Positions 11,301 through 20,415 of a stretch of 64,000 nt of DNA are shown one piece after another. Location of the stretch: the IMG/VR virus record IMGVR_UViG_3300023184_000027, positions 124,001 to 188,000 of that record; one strand, written 5' to 3'. How positions within the stretch are numbered: position 1 is the stretch's first letter; the number at the start of each line of letters is the position of its first letter. The notes beneath the pieces are model-generated. The model did no database searches. It was not told the origin of the DNA and saw only the letters and a program-made list of their open reading frames with translations. The translations under genes and the position numbers were made by a program.

Positions 11301-11653
11301 TTAGGGTTTGTTACTGATTCTTGTTTTATTTGGTTTTGACCTTTACCTTTTAAACTATCTTTACCTGTCAATTCGTCAGTGTAACTATTATCTAAAAACC
11401 CTTTATTACCCGGATTTAAAAAATTAATTGCTGCAACAGATATTGTTTGTATTTGGTCATTATTTGCAACACCAACAGCTAATTTAGTTCTTGGAATTAC
11501 TTTACACTCTAAATTGGCATAAACAACCAAATCTTCTTGTTTAACTAACCTTTCACTAACTTTACCATTAGAGTCAATAACCTTATTTGGGTCAATAATA
11601 CTAATGTTATTGTAATCAAACTCTACTAATATATTTTCACCACTATCTACCAT
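5327..11653 (-). CDS. Large baseplate hub-like virion protein (gp27/late-control-D-like segment; lysozyme-like C-terminus)
   Basis: 2108 aa. Segment CTVNMMGNAMIQPTMYFNLRYVPMFSGPYMITSVNHIISPGSFETIVEGVR resembles the hub-protein C-terminal barrel; located after the LysM wedge and tape measure genes. Confidence 0.65.
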   Translation of the reverse strand: MVDSGENILVEFDYNNISIIDPNKVIDSNGKVSERLVKQEDLVVYANLECKVIPRTKLAVGVANNDQIQTISVAAINFLNPGNKGFLDNSYTDELTGKDSLKGKGQNQIKQESVTNPNKSDDTYIRQTLRGTTDNGMLGITQITIRQGLDFLPQINVKLEDVKGRSLFEGGDNSPYAAFFNLPYPMFNLTIKGYYGKAVKLSLMLQNFTSRYDTYSGNFVIDLVFYTYKYTILSEITMGAVLAVPHMYKSRVSVQNKVVTPSTGTDSKTTKTTDSVVERGFQKVKEMYSEYKSKGMISDDFPEISLMELQNRLENFVKNVLDSFTKQNLDPLTDLNEYSKILGEYDKDIFAMNGESWRSKYLDTDNFLVMDNPEKTKVYTFKKEYTPAKKKDEAINKLKEYITSYTEKLANNKTLGILGKYKINNTEKSIQIPNSIKYEIFPKKLQAGDINLKETYRQRKKLDVEPSKQQLEEFEAELTKDSVLNSLVIKNDAGKQTPITNYFVFEGNGTFEDLIDKMGKDLKTYREQIENELTEALSELLQNKGNGIGFVPSIRNVLAVIFANGEAFLRLMDDVHTQAWSVRDDKDRKKAILTGVSSDNLTSGNNATEPVYPWPQMIVETMTPDKEEQFIITYPGDRAVINQTKAYLPELWPEVEFVEEFIKGFVQRSDNPLPSTPNSNELSDVKRISLSAIEFPVTNVVFSNKEEIKYMYEIYERIFLTSYYSKLSRCNNFISESSQISDIVSEGESINIINSLSTDNPFITKKLVEYGINASNFEILLRHISNDGVGESWQNYIRGIFNTSYIKNLVNNSSFEFINSGILKDSVSQPLVSLSNEKAMVEYISNSTTTNSFDFGDTYPFTDLTWCNTKLADGGTLIDAKSSFDTRKVLTYNLNKKVISNFLDTANDDTKRPFTNFSYKNIQQPVLNNPDLKTFYNKRDFTSQLLTEGNLNYTNYDGLVTPYQTVSMFNTPYFINSIQEGVKEFRNYNVTPYVSSAYLFINSLPLSTLKEKYKTYENKSEKPLDYIFASLKKFGAIHKMPYAWVLKFGSVYHRYKNYVENGVDIINTSWSDFKYVDNYDPTTKDPTKTYSLTINNSNIDIVLEKNSTLGLETSTLINTGFYPKLINDFNIFYQGFEIYSAYTSTDIQNGFSSGVTLNYVKDAIIDMGKGFDEKNVNRNLRVIPWSVAINTFDGKFTYLLPSQGSLINQTKDECITSNNKLKYEISGNTAMYNGSVRLFWTAPNYGYFDNSKVVKPSPHQYLKEVFSGQTLQQNFSINGLSNDYTSIDEIFSVFEKNILDGFEYEFLKFSKSMYDFEDNSSHTLSNSSNISIGEFETDTEKSFKNFQMLMISLMKTTKLAGTTPTDVIIKQQQEQLTTISNILTKFINTDVVFKYGNPSNFDKKLFYSFSTYQISDPYTWEKYSLNTPNTLPYSGGGITLSYSKTNYPTQWKTLETYVGFSDINKLKYGNNGSYITDFFIDLNIAFNVDNIKNLAPIIKIYATQKLNDPTITTSTFTMLMDEYITSSETFKGKVINNLMPKLQTKLPKIVTSSQQTIDSVLEGPATKVELWESFKAINDKWVSGNDFKTKTLFEDIMLIDRASRDVGDKILVDVIKLKNDIATINPKTSMLVFVQTILVENNFVVMNLPSYVNFYNVQDAVKNPKPRAEGSLEFANTMFGTFLNVDYRNSSSKLVCFYGGKPSEQLDLKDNIDYRFRSDAFDLRRASDNPLVESQINKKDWGMSNKVVGFNVDIGTQNQSIFHGFQVDQRGSTATAESLELLNQMANQSGNRKASTQNVSLFNLYKTRSYNCTVNMMGNAMIQPTMYFNLRYVPMFSGPYMITSVNHIISPGSFETIVEGVRQPIASLPKISAYIQSLKTTLLTTIVDKIKEDKVPKKSDGKVKKNDIISQRNEVLDKGLDKDGTVASAQQTCSVSTKYNTYKAGTPNKTVINYTNIIQIINSKTNDTKLKYIIFAMMYLQSGSSQGLESYEHNYAGIDISEFWGDGSSGFFSSTKYYYCSPKEIPYVYFDSADNHVKMLVARFKDKSSAFGNTTPVDIAKFYILYFNANSNNQNVYDSIKATDSTRLKDIEFKIGESISLYNGVTNR

Positions 11654-11969
11654 AATAAAAGAAATAATTTTCTAACTCGTTTTTATAATCTTGTAGAGAA
11701 GCTACCAAAGGAAATGGAATTGTCAAGATAGAACCATCACTAATATTCCATTCTTGACCACCGAAGATTGGATTTGCTTGTAAAATCAACCAACCAAAAC
11801 TCGCGGCACCATAATATTGTTGGGATAACTTATCTAATCTAGACTGTCCAACTTTATAGATATATCTTTTATCTGTTGTTTTTGATGGCAAAGTAACATA
11901 GGGAACAATACTTTGTTCTCCATTGTTTAAAAACCCATTATATCTATTATAATACTGTTTATTTACCAT
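11643..11969 (-). CDS. LysM-like baseplate wedge protein (gp53/tail X-like)
   Basis: YKVGQSRLDKLSQQYYG...WLILQANP...ISDGSILTIP is the phage LysM pattern; canonical position between initiator and hub. Confidence 0.8.
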   Translation of the reverse strand: MVNKQYYNRYNGFLNNGEQSIVPYVTLPSKTTDKRYIYKVGQSRLDKLSQQYYGAASFGWLILQANPIFGGQEWNISDGSILTIPFPLVASLQDYKNELENYFFYYGR

Positions 11970-11971
11970 TT

Positions 11972-14900
11972 TTATTTAAATTTGATTTTACCATCATAGG
12001 ATTTATTATCACTATCAGAATTTACACCACTATATAATGTCATAACATCTTTTTGTTGTTGAGCGTCTGTTGCCGTGTCCGGAATTGTTGTGTATTCAAA
12101 TTTCCTTAATTTACCTTTTGGATATACAAACTCATTAACATATTTAGTATATTCAGGGAATTCTTTTATCTTTTTAATATGATTTGATTCTAATAACAAT
12201 TCTTTATCAACAATTTTTTTAAAATTATCACAAATTTTTTCAAATTTATTTTTTAAGTTTGACGGACTTTTTACTGTTAATAACTCCCCTGATATAATTT
12301 TATTAATAAAATCATTATATTTGTTTTTATTTCCAAATATTTGAGCTAGCACCATAAATAGTCGTTTATCCTCAATAGACACCAATCCTGATGGCATAGC
12401 TTTAAATAATCCCGGTTCTGTATATTCGGAAGTTATTATATTAACATCTATTTGACGTTTCAAAAATGTTTCAAAATCTTGTAAACTTTGACCAATCAAT
12501 TTATAATCATTACCTAATTCAATATATGTGTTTAGTGGTGGTCCAGCACTAGCCGAATTAACTTCTGTTGTACCTTTTATGTTATAAACTCTAGGTTTAC
12601 CAGTTTCAAGTATTTTACCATCAGTATTAGTCATTAGTAAATTAATTTTTCTAAAATATTGAACCATACTCTCTTGTTGAGTTGTAATTTCTTGTATTTT
12701 GGTAAAAATACCATTACTAAATTCACCCTGATAATTATTAATGTAACTATTTAAATTTGTTTTAACTTTTTGTATTACAGAATCTGTAAAATTATAATTA
12801 ATCAACCCCTTAATTATTGGATTTTTATTAGACGGGTTGTCCGCATTAATATCAGACAATAAAGTTGAGAATAACGAATTAATTTTATTTTCAACACTCA
12901 CATTTCCATCTCCACCTGGTTTACCATATATGGGAACATTCCATTTAATACCATTAATGTTAAAATGTCCCATACTATATAATCTATCTTGAGTCATCAA
13001 CTGCCATATACCATAATTATAGGACTTTATTATAGATTCACACTGATTAGGAATATTTGTATAATATTCTTTTGTTGCATCTAAAACTTTATCCATAATT
13101 GTCGAATACTCCGTTTGTCCTGTTTGACCATCAGTTATTGGAATATTTGTTAAAACATTTCCAATTGTATTTCCACCATTATTTAAAAGACTATTATCTA
13201 TATTATTTACTGTTGCCAATGGTTGAACCCCTACAATAGCTTCTACAACTCTTGTGTCTAAAGCTTTAGTATCTTCAGTAGCCGTAGCCCTTTCATCATA
13301 TATTTCAGTATTAGCATAATAGTTAAACGATAACGCGTTTTGTAATTGTTCCACCGGTCTAGCCAATCCTTGTCCACCAATAAAGTCAAAACTCATTGTA
13401 ACATTTGCTAGCATTGGTTGTACACCAATACCTTCAGGATTTAAATCATAAAGTAATGGTTCATAAGTAAAGGCAACGCTATTTGGGATTATTTTACTAT
13501 TATAAAAATCGCCAATTCTTAAAACTAAAACCGGAGGTGCTCCGAAAGAAGTGTTAACCGCATCATTATATCTTGGTTTGTTATCTGTTCCAATAACTGG
13601 TATAGTCTCACCAGGTCTAACACATTGATTTAAGAAGGTTAATCGAGAATTTAACCCTTCAGGTGTCATAGAGTGAAACGCTGGGTTAAAATACTTAATT
13701 TTCTCTTTTATTGAGTCATATACCATTGGAGAATTTTCAGCAATAGCCTCAAAATAATCACATTCTGACAATAATTGTCTAATAATTTGTTTACTAATAC
13801 CTTTTTTAATACCATCTATTATATCAACAGTTGGTTGAGGTTTAACTGGTATTATTTTTTCTGGTATTGATGATGTTTCTTTTTTAGGTGGTTCAAGTAT
13901 TGGAGTTGGAGATGGAGTTACTTTAACATTATTAATCTTGACTCTTCTACACGCCATTGCACTTACAGAAAAAATTTGTGAATCATGAGTAACTTTTCCA
14001 TTTTTATCTTTAATATTTTTTGTACAATCAACTTGTTGTCCAATACCTAGTGATGTAGATGGAACTGATGTTGTTTCACCAACACCTTTTGGCGGATTAA
14101 TAATTAATGTTTTATCGGTAATAAAAGGACCTAAACAAGCATCACCAACTTTATATTCCGTTAAAAATTTTACAACAGAATCATTTCTTCTGATAGATAG
14201 TAAAGTATTATACGATGGGTCTGCAGGTGCTGACGCCGAACCTACCATATCAATAGTTATTTTACCCTTTTTCTCCTTTAAAATATTATAAGCATCAACA
14301 ATAAAATTACTTGTACCTCCTGTTATAACATTAATATTATTAATAACAACATTATTAAAAAATTCCGTTACATTTTTATTAGAACTACCATCATTAAAAA
14401 TTCCATTAGCATAATATTGATACCTTTCAATATTTTTGGTATCCGTATAATTACCATACGTGACATCGTATCTAACTGAAGACGTTGTTTGTCTTGTATG
14501 TGGGTCCGGAGTATCATTATCAAAATAAAAAGCAAATTCTTTATATTTTGTTTCAAAATCCGATATTGATGTGTCAGATGTTAATTTTTTTTGTTCACTC
14601 GATAAATCACCATTTGTTCCCGCATTATCCGCCGAAATTTTACTATTAATTTTTTTAAGTTGGTCAGGTGTTAAATTAGGGTCACTTAACGCTTTTTGAT
14701 ATGTATATAAATCTTTAGTTGGAATAGTATTAAATTTAATAGCCAATTCATATATATCGTATTTAACACATCCAGCAAAAAATGAATCAATAATTGAGTT
14801 AATTCTATCTTTGTTCTTTCCTTTTAATTGATGTTTAACAATCGCATTCATTATCGAAGGATGGTCAACAATCATTTTCCAACTTAAACTACCTGTTCTA

Positions 14901-16963
14901 GTTGTATCTTTATATGTATATATTGGTTCAGGTCTCCCTAAAAAAGTTTGTTTATTCCAACCGGCAGTACTAGTATCACTAAATTTTAAATCATACGGAG
15001 GAAACCACATAACTCTACCCCCATTTGGACCTTTCTCACAAACAGGTAATTCATCATAAGTAAATCCAGGTTTACTTGATGTTCTCCAAGCTAAATTCTC
15101 AATAGAGAACATATATTTTTTAGCATAACCACCTTTACCATTAACATCCGGAATAATATTTGTTGACCCATTTGAAAGTGGTGCAATATTTAGATTAAAT
15201 GTACTATCTAAAACTGAATTGGTAAAACCTCTATTTTTTGTGGTAATACCTTCTGTTTTTTGTAAATCGGCATAAGTGTAATATGGTGTATCTTTAGTAA
15301 ACACACGACAATACTCAATACCTACATTTTCACCGGTCGTTTGATTTGAATATGAAAGAACCTGTGAACCTTTCGTTATTTCTTTATAACCATCATGGAA
15401 TACCTTACTAACTTGATTAATTGCATTACCAACATGCTTTAATCTAGCAATCCCCGAAACATTATCTGCTGAATTAACTAATCGTTGTGTTTGGTCTAAT
15501 ATTGAGGTATCTTTAAAATCTATATTGGTAGATTCAGAACTACTAAAACTACTACTAATTTCATTAAACTCTGTGTCTAAACTTCCACTTCCACCACCAG
15601 GTGTTGCGTGAAATCCGGCATTTGATTTGTATTTTGGTGATGTCCAAACTAATTGACCATCAATTCCACCACCATCACTTGATGATTTTCCCGCTAAACC
15701 AAATTTTAAAATACCTTCGTTACCCTCAAATAATATACCCAATTCTGAAGGTCCATAAACCGGAGAGGATTCTTGTTGTCCGAAAGCATTAACAGGAACT
15801 TTATTTGGGGGAGATGTTATTGATGAAGGTTCAGAATTTTTACTACCAACATAATAACCCCCAATTAATGTACCATTACTAGGTTTAATAAGGTCAACGG
15901 CAAGATTCACTAAACCTTGAGCAACACCTAATAACCCACCATAGTTTTTATCATACGATGGTTGGTATCTATTGTAATTAACATTTGCAAATAAAGCTGA
16001 ACGCTGTCCGTTACCAGTATTATTTAAAAATATTTCAGAGGGGTTTCTTTTTAAATTTAAAATTGGTCCTAAAAATCCACCCGTTAATTGATTAATTACA
16101 TTTAACGCGGTTGATGTTTGTTTGGTCTGACTATTTTCATTATTATCATCAAAATAATCTCCCGGTATTAATGAAACCGGCCAATACGCTCCCGCCAATC
16201 TTGTTGCAAAATCAGCCGCAGCAATAACAGGGTTTTCCGGAACCGTAATTTTCCAATTTTTATATATTAGAGGTTGTTTCCCCGATACCATCATACTAAC
16301 CTCAAAAGGGTCTTGTAATGATTGTAAATTTACTTGTCCAACCGTTTTTTTAATAAGTTCAGCAGCAATCCTTTCTTGGAAAAGATAGTTTAATTGGGAA
16401 GCACCTAATTTAGCTATATATGAATCTTGAGATAACGAACCATTATCCCCATTTGGATTTTTTGAATATAATATATCATATGGACTATAGGTTGATGATA
16501 CAAAACTACTTGGGTCCCAATATGGTAAATATAATTTATCGTTATTTTGAGTATCCGTAACAATAAGCATTTCATTATAACCACCAATGGGTCCATAAGA
16601 ATTTGTAATGTAAGCAGCATCAATATAAAATTCATTAACTAAATCTAATACCGTATCATTTGGACTATATTCTCCCTGATTTGATTTTACAGGTAAAGGA
16701 GCTCTATTATAGGTTATATTCGTATTAAAACCACCATTCGGTCCATACTCATTTAATGGATATAATAGTGTCGCATATGGGTCATTAGCTATTAAATCAT
16801 TAGGGGAATCAATCACCGGAGATTGAGATAAAGTTACCTCATAATTTAAATCTGATGATGTGGGGGTATAAACACCCATAACACTATACGCGGCTAAATT
16901 TTTAGCCATAAGTATATTTCTAAATGATGATGATGAAGTAAAGGATAATGAACTATCTGACAT
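11972..16963 (-). CDS. Large baseplate / tail-tube-initiator-like protein with internal OmpA-like domain
   Basis: Tube-initiator-like segments (FPPYDLKFSD...LGRPEPIYTY; FGAPPVLVLRIGDFY...PMLANVTMSFDFIG) flank an OmpA-like segment (FYFDND...GSAS...YNTLLSIRRNDSV...GVGE...CRRVKI); directly after the tape measure gene. Confidence 0.65.
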   Translation of the reverse strand: MSDSSLSFTSSSSFRNILMAKNLAAYSVMGVYTPTSSDLNYEVTLSQSPVIDSPNDLIANDPYATLLYPLNEYGPNGGFNTNITYNRAPLPVKSNQGEYSPNDTVLDLVNEFYIDAAYITNSYGPIGGYNEMLIVTDTQNNDKLYLPYWDPSSFVSSTYSPYDILYSKNPNGDNGSLSQDSYIAKLGASQLNYLFQERIAAELIKKTVGQVNLQSLQDPFEVSMMVSGKQPLIYKNWKITVPENPVIAAADFATRLAGAYWPVSLIPGDYFDDNNENSQTKQTSTALNVINQLTGGFLGPILNLKRNPSEIFLNNTGNGQRSALFANVNYNRYQPSYDKNYGGLLGVAQGLVNLAVDLIKPSNGTLIGGYYVGSKNSEPSSITSPPNKVPVNAFGQQESSPVYGPSELGILFEGNEGILKFGLAGKSSSDGGGIDGQLVWTSPKYKSNAGFHATPGGGSGSLDTEFNEISSSFSSSESTNIDFKDTSILDQTQRLVNSADNVSGIARLKHVGNAINQVSKVFHDGYKEITKGSQVLSYSNQTTGENVGIEYCRVFTKDTPYYTYADLQKTEGITTKNRGFTNSVLDSTFNLNIAPLSNGSTNIIPDVNGKGGYAKKYMFSIENLAWRTSSKPGFTYDELPVCEKGPNGGRVMWFPPYDLKFSDTSTAGWNKQTFLGRPEPIYTYKDTTRTGSLSWKMIVDHPSIMNAIVKHQLKGKNKDRINSIIDSFFAGCVKYDIYELAIKFNTIPTKDLYTYQKALSDPNLTPDQLKKINSKISADNAGTNGDLSSEQKKLTSDTSISDFETKYKEFAFYFDNDTPDPHTRQTTSSVRYDVTYGNYTDTKNIERYQYYANGIFNDGSSNKNVTEFFNNVVINNINVITGGTSNFIVDAYNILKEKKGKITIDMVGSASAPADPSYNTLLSIRRNDSVVKFLTEYKVGDACLGPFITDKTLIINPPKGVGETTSVPSTSLGIGQQVDCTKNIKDKNGKVTHDSQIFSVSAMACRRVKINNVKVTPSPTPILEPPKKETSSIPEKIIPVKPQPTVDIIDGIKKGISKQIIRQLLSECDYFEAIAENSPMVYDSIKEKIKYFNPAFHSMTPEGLNSRLTFLNQCVRPGETIPVIGTDNKPRYNDAVNTSFGAPPVLVLRIGDFYNSKIIPNSVAFTYEPLLYDLNPEGIGVQPMLANVTMSFDFIGGQGLARPVEQLQNALSFNYYANTEIYDERATATEDTKALDTRVVEAIVGVQPLATVNNIDNSLLNNGGNTIGNVLTNIPITDGQTGQTEYSTIMDKVLDATKEYYTNIPNQCESIIKSYNYGIWQLMTQDRLYSMGHFNINGIKWNVPIYGKPGGDGNVSVENKINSLFSTLLSDINADNPSNKNPIIKGLINYNFTDSVIQKVKTNLNSYINNYQGEFSNGIFTKIQEITTQQESMVQYFRKINLLMTNTDGKILETGKPRVYNIKGTTEVNSASAGPPLNTYIELGNDYKLIGQSLQDFETFLKRQIDVNIITSEYTEPGLFKAMPSGLVSIEDKRLFMVLAQIFGNKNKYNDFINKIISGELLTVKSPSNLKNKFEKICDNFKKIVDKELLLESNHIKKIKEFPEYTKYVNEFVYPKGKLRKFEYTTIPDTATDAQQQKDVMTLYSGVNSDSDNKSYDGKIKFK

Positions 16964-17002
16964 TTTTTATTATTTTATTATAAATAGACAAAATATTTAT
17001 TT

Positions 17003-18850
17003 TTAAGCTTGCATTTGTTTTGTTCTAGACCCTGTTTTGCTACTTGTTAAATTATTATTTGGGTCTAATTTACCAATAGAATATATTGCCTGAATCATTT
17101 GTGGGTCTTTAAATGCCAACGCTAATTGTGTTGTATCAATATTTGGATTGTTAGAATCTATTTTAATATTTAAATTAACATTTGAATCAACCGTGTGTTT
17201 AGTGTTTGCCTCTGTTACCCCACCAGGGGTTGTTGAACTAACATTTCTTAATGTGTTTGTTGTTTCAGCATTTGATGATTGATTACCAATTACTTCTTTA
17301 ACTTGGGGTATTGATTCAATCACTTTTTTTAATCTTTCACCAGAATTAACCATTAATTCTATAAAAATATTTTGGGATGTTGTTAAATTTTTCATTGATT
17401 CATCAGCTTTATCAACAGTCTCATTAAAAGCTGTTTTAAGACCTTTCTGAACATTTTTACTAGCAGATTGTAAACTCTCCAAAACTTTAGATAACGAAGA
17501 TTCTCCTTTAACAAACTTGTTAAAATCCTCTAAAACACCACCAACATTTTTATCAATCCCTTGTCTTATAGTTTTGATAGACCCCGATTCAATATTAAGA
17601 GTATTTTCTAATTGTTTATATAATTCTCTTGGAGCGTCTAACGCCGCTTGACCAACTTTTGTCCCCGCTAAAGCTCTACCAGGTCTATTTGCAATAGTAT
17701 CTAACGACGCTTTCATCGATTGTTGTTGAGTAAGTTGTGATTTTGCAACATCTTCAAGTGTTTTAGGTTGTTTAGACAACGCTTCTATATCGTCTTTACT
17801 TAATTCAGTAACACTTTTCCCCACAACCGCTTCACCCTGTTTATCAGTAAAACTAACCTCATATTTTCCTGTACCTTTATTCATTTCTGCCATATTGGCA
17901 ATCATAGTTCTTTGGTCTTCACTTATATCACCACCCGGAAACTTAATAGATTTCATTTTTTCAGACAATTCAGCACTACCTAAAGCCATTTTAGATAATT
18001 GTTCAGTATTTCCAAAAAGTTCCATAGAAATTTCTTTCATTTGTCTTTTAGCCCCTGGCATAATTTCAAAATTACCATCTTTGTTCAATCGAACAAATTG
18101 TTCACTCATTTTAGCAATTTGATTCTGAAGTTCCGCTGGGTCATTTTGCGCCAAATCCATTAATCGAAGTGGGTCTAATAAATCACTTTGTGCCACACCT
18201 AATCTTTGCATCGATGCCGCCATAGAAATCGCTTTCTCAGGGTCAAACAATCTATCAGCAAGGTCTAAAGTACTTTTCATATCAACTCGTAAACCGGTTG
18301 CTTGTGCTGCCATTTTAGCTAAACCATCAACACCATTAGCAAAGTTAAATTTATTAAGTGCTGACATATTTTCAAGAACTTGTTTAGACACTGTTTGAGA
18401 ATTAACACCTAAACTATTCGCTTTTAAAACTACTTTTTCCATTTGGGAAGACGCATTATACATAGAAAACCCCGCATCTTTAAATCCTGCGGTAATTTGT
18501 TCAATACTTTGACCCGACACTTCTTTAGCCGCATATAATTTAGCATAAGATTCTGAATTAAGTATTAAATTTCTACCTAAAGTTTTTGCTGCACTGTTTT
18601 GCATATCAATAATTGCCCTAAAGTCACCACCTAAAGCAACAACACTAGTTGATGCATCAACCATTGAAGCTTTTATCGCAACCAAATTTTGATTGCTGAC
18701 ACCCATAGTTTTCATAACTTCAGATGCCGCACTATCTACCTCATGTAAAATCCCTTTAATTTTTGCGTTGTCAAAATTATTTGAAAAAATCTCCCCGAGT
18801 TCTTTGATAGATTCTTTAAATGAATTTAGAATACCGTCCTTATCATCCAT
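17003..18850 (-). CDS. Tape measure protein
   Basis: 615-aa Ala/Ser/Met/Gln-rich helical protein directly downstream of the tube and chaperone genes. Confidence 0.72.
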   Translation of the reverse strand: MDDKDGILNSFKESIKELGEIFSNNFDNAKIKGILHEVDSAASEVMKTMGVSNQNLVAIKASMVDASTSVVALGGDFRAIIDMQNSAAKTLGRNLILNSESYAKLYAAKEVSGQSIEQITAGFKDAGFSMYNASSQMEKVVLKANSLGVNSQTVSKQVLENMSALNKFNFANGVDGLAKMAAQATGLRVDMKSTLDLADRLFDPEKAISMAASMQRLGVAQSDLLDPLRLMDLAQNDPAELQNQIAKMSEQFVRLNKDGNFEIMPGAKRQMKEISMELFGNTEQLSKMALGSAELSEKMKSIKFPGGDISEDQRTMIANMAEMNKGTGKYEVSFTDKQGEAVVGKSVTELSKDDIEALSKQPKTLEDVAKSQLTQQQSMKASLDTIANRPGRALAGTKVGQAALDAPRELYKQLENTLNIESGSIKTIRQGIDKNVGGVLEDFNKFVKGESSLSKVLESLQSASKNVQKGLKTAFNETVDKADESMKNLTTSQNIFIELMVNSGERLKKVIESIPQVKEVIGNQSSNAETTNTLRNVSSTTPGGVTEANTKHTVDSNVNLNIKIDSNNPNIDTTQLALAFKDPQMIQAIYSIGKLDPNNNLTSSKTGSRTKQMQA

Positions 18851-18892
18851 ATCAAATTGTGTTTATATATAAATACGCCAACAACAATTTTA

Positions 18893-19054
18893 TTATTCTT
18901 GTTTTGGCGTATTGTCTTCGATTATTCTATCAATTAAATATTTTCTCATATAGGTTGGCATGATGTTAAAATCATTATATGATGTTCTAATAAATTTAGA
19001 GAGTAAATAATACTCTTCGACTAGAAGTTGTCGATAATTAGAAGAAAGGCCGAA
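18893..19054 (-). CDS. Second (T / gp51-like) segment of the tail assembly chaperone, probably reached by a +1 frameshift
   Basis: Not in the ORF track. The +1 frame overlapping the chaperone 3' end reads FGLSSNYRQLLVEEYYLLSKFIRTSYNDFNIMPTYMRKYLIDRIIEDNTPKQE*, with a gp51-like 'MP..R.Y' pattern, and fills the gap before the tape measure gene. Confidence 0.7.
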   Translation of the reverse strand, partial: FGLSSNYRQLLVEEYYLLSKFIRTSYNDFNIMPTYMRKYLIDRIIEDNTPKQE

Positions 19055-19793
19055 AAAACTCCACCCCAAAGGTAATCTCGAAAGTTACCAAGTCTCCTGA
19101 AGGGGCTTTTACTGTTTGTTTTAAGTCTAATGATGGTTGGTTTTCTTTGATGAAATTACGAACATATTTTGAGTCCATAATTGGTAATGAATCAACAAAT
19201 AATGAAATGTCCCCAGAATTTGAATTACCGTCAATTTCCACAATTTGTTTAGCCAATCTCCAAGTAACAACAGGAGCTGTTCTACCCACTGGGTAAGACT
19301 CCTCTAATGTTGAGAGATTAAGAATGTCTCCGTAAGATAAAGGTTTTAATTTTACGGTATGCCCCGTTTTAGGTAGTTTTGTAGTAAACAACCCATTTTC
19401 ATCTGGTTGAACACTAGTTTTCTTAATATTTAATTCATCAAGAATTACTGTATATGGGAATTGTTTAGATGTCTTTGGGTCAACTAAATTTACATTATAT
19501 TCAGGACCAAATGATGTGTTTCTTAAGAAAATTAAAATAGCCTCAACATCGCCATCCAATAACTCTTCAGGTTTTAAATCGTGCTCATAAATTTTATTTC
19601 TTAATAAGGTCATAATAATATTACTATTATTTTGAGATGCCCCCATTAAAAAATTCTCATCATTAGCGGTTAAATAACCGACTTTAATAGATTTCTTTTT
19701 TGATTTGTAAAATATCCCACCAGAGGGTAATATTACTACATCGTGAGGTAATGAAAAATTTTCAGTTGCAGCGTTAATTAAATCTTGTTCCAT
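19038..19793 (-). CDS. Tail assembly chaperone / T4 gp26-like baseplate hub assembly protein
   Basis: V.LPSGG.FY...YLTANDENFL...LLDGDVEAILIFLRNTSFG; located between tube and tape measure; ends FFRPFF. Confidence 0.8.
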   Translation of the reverse strand: MEQDLINAATENFSLPHDVVILPSGGIFYKSKKKSIKVGYLTANDENFLMGASQNNSNIIMTLLRNKIYEHDLKPEELLDGDVEAILIFLRNTSFGPEYNVNLVDPKTSKQFPYTVILDELNIKKTSVQPDENGLFTTKLPKTGHTVKLKPLSYGDILNLSTLEESYPVGRTAPVVTWRLAKQIVEIDGNSNSGDISLFVDSLPIMDSKYVRNFIKENQPSLDLKQTVKAPSGDLVTFEITFGVEFFRPFF

Positions 19794-19852
19794 ATAACTT
19801 ATTGTTTATATATAATTATAGTTAACATCTTTTTTTAATAAACATTAAATAT

Positions 19853-19897
19853 TTTAAAAAATAAAACCCATACATCATTTATATGACATATGGATTT
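19853..19897 (-). terminator. Intrinsic terminator after the tail tube gene
   Basis: Minus-strand stem UCCAUAUGUCAU/AUGAUGUAUGGG (with G-U pairs) followed by UUUUAUUUUUU. Confidence 0.55.
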
Positions 19898-19926
19898 ACG
19901 TTTTAATTATATAGATATTTTGAAAA

Positions 19927-20415
19927 TTAATAAACTAATATACAACGGTCCATACGAATTGTCGCCGTAATAGACGCAAGAGCATCCGTTGAATATCCTA
20001 ATGAATCAAAATTAACATCACTTAAAAACGAACCTTCTAAAATCCATTTTTCAACAACAACACCTGTTGGGTCTAACATTTCTAAATCAATATTTTTCTT
20101 ATATCCCGCAGCATACCCCATTCTACCTGTTACAGATTCTGCACATAATCTAACCCACTCCATAAGAGCTTGAGACGCTGAAGGTCCAATTGGGTCTCTA
20201 AACTTAACATTAATTACTCCCCAAGTAAATCTACCAGCAACATATGTTGAAGTATTTAGAAAAGGAATTTCTGTTGCGTTAATTGTAATATGTGGTCTAG
20301 CCGCGGTTTCAACAAACCATTCATTAATTCCCAAAGAAGATGGAAAACGAACAATAAACCTATTCTGTCTTTTAGGTTCATACGGTATGGGCATTTTCAT
20401 TAATAAATCAGCCAT
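19927..20415 (-). CDS. Tail tube protein (T4 gp19-like)
   Basis: YEPKRQNRF...AGRFTW...FRDPI...WVR...YKKNIDLEMLDPTGVVVEKWILEGSF...L.Y; size and position typical. Confidence 0.92.
   Translation of the reverse strand: MADLLMKMPIPYEPKRQNRFIVRFPSSLGINEWFVETAARPHITINATEIPFLNTSTYVAGRFTWGVINVKFRDPIGPSASQALMEWVRLCAESVTGRMGYAAGYKKNIDLEMLDPTGVVVEKWILEGSFLSDVNFDSLGYSTDALASITATIRMDRCILVY

Noticed and set aside
19021-19060. Canonical -1 frameshift in the tail chaperone
   Set aside because: The -1 frame hits TAG about ten codons after the U-run; only the +1/-2 frame gives a plausible product.
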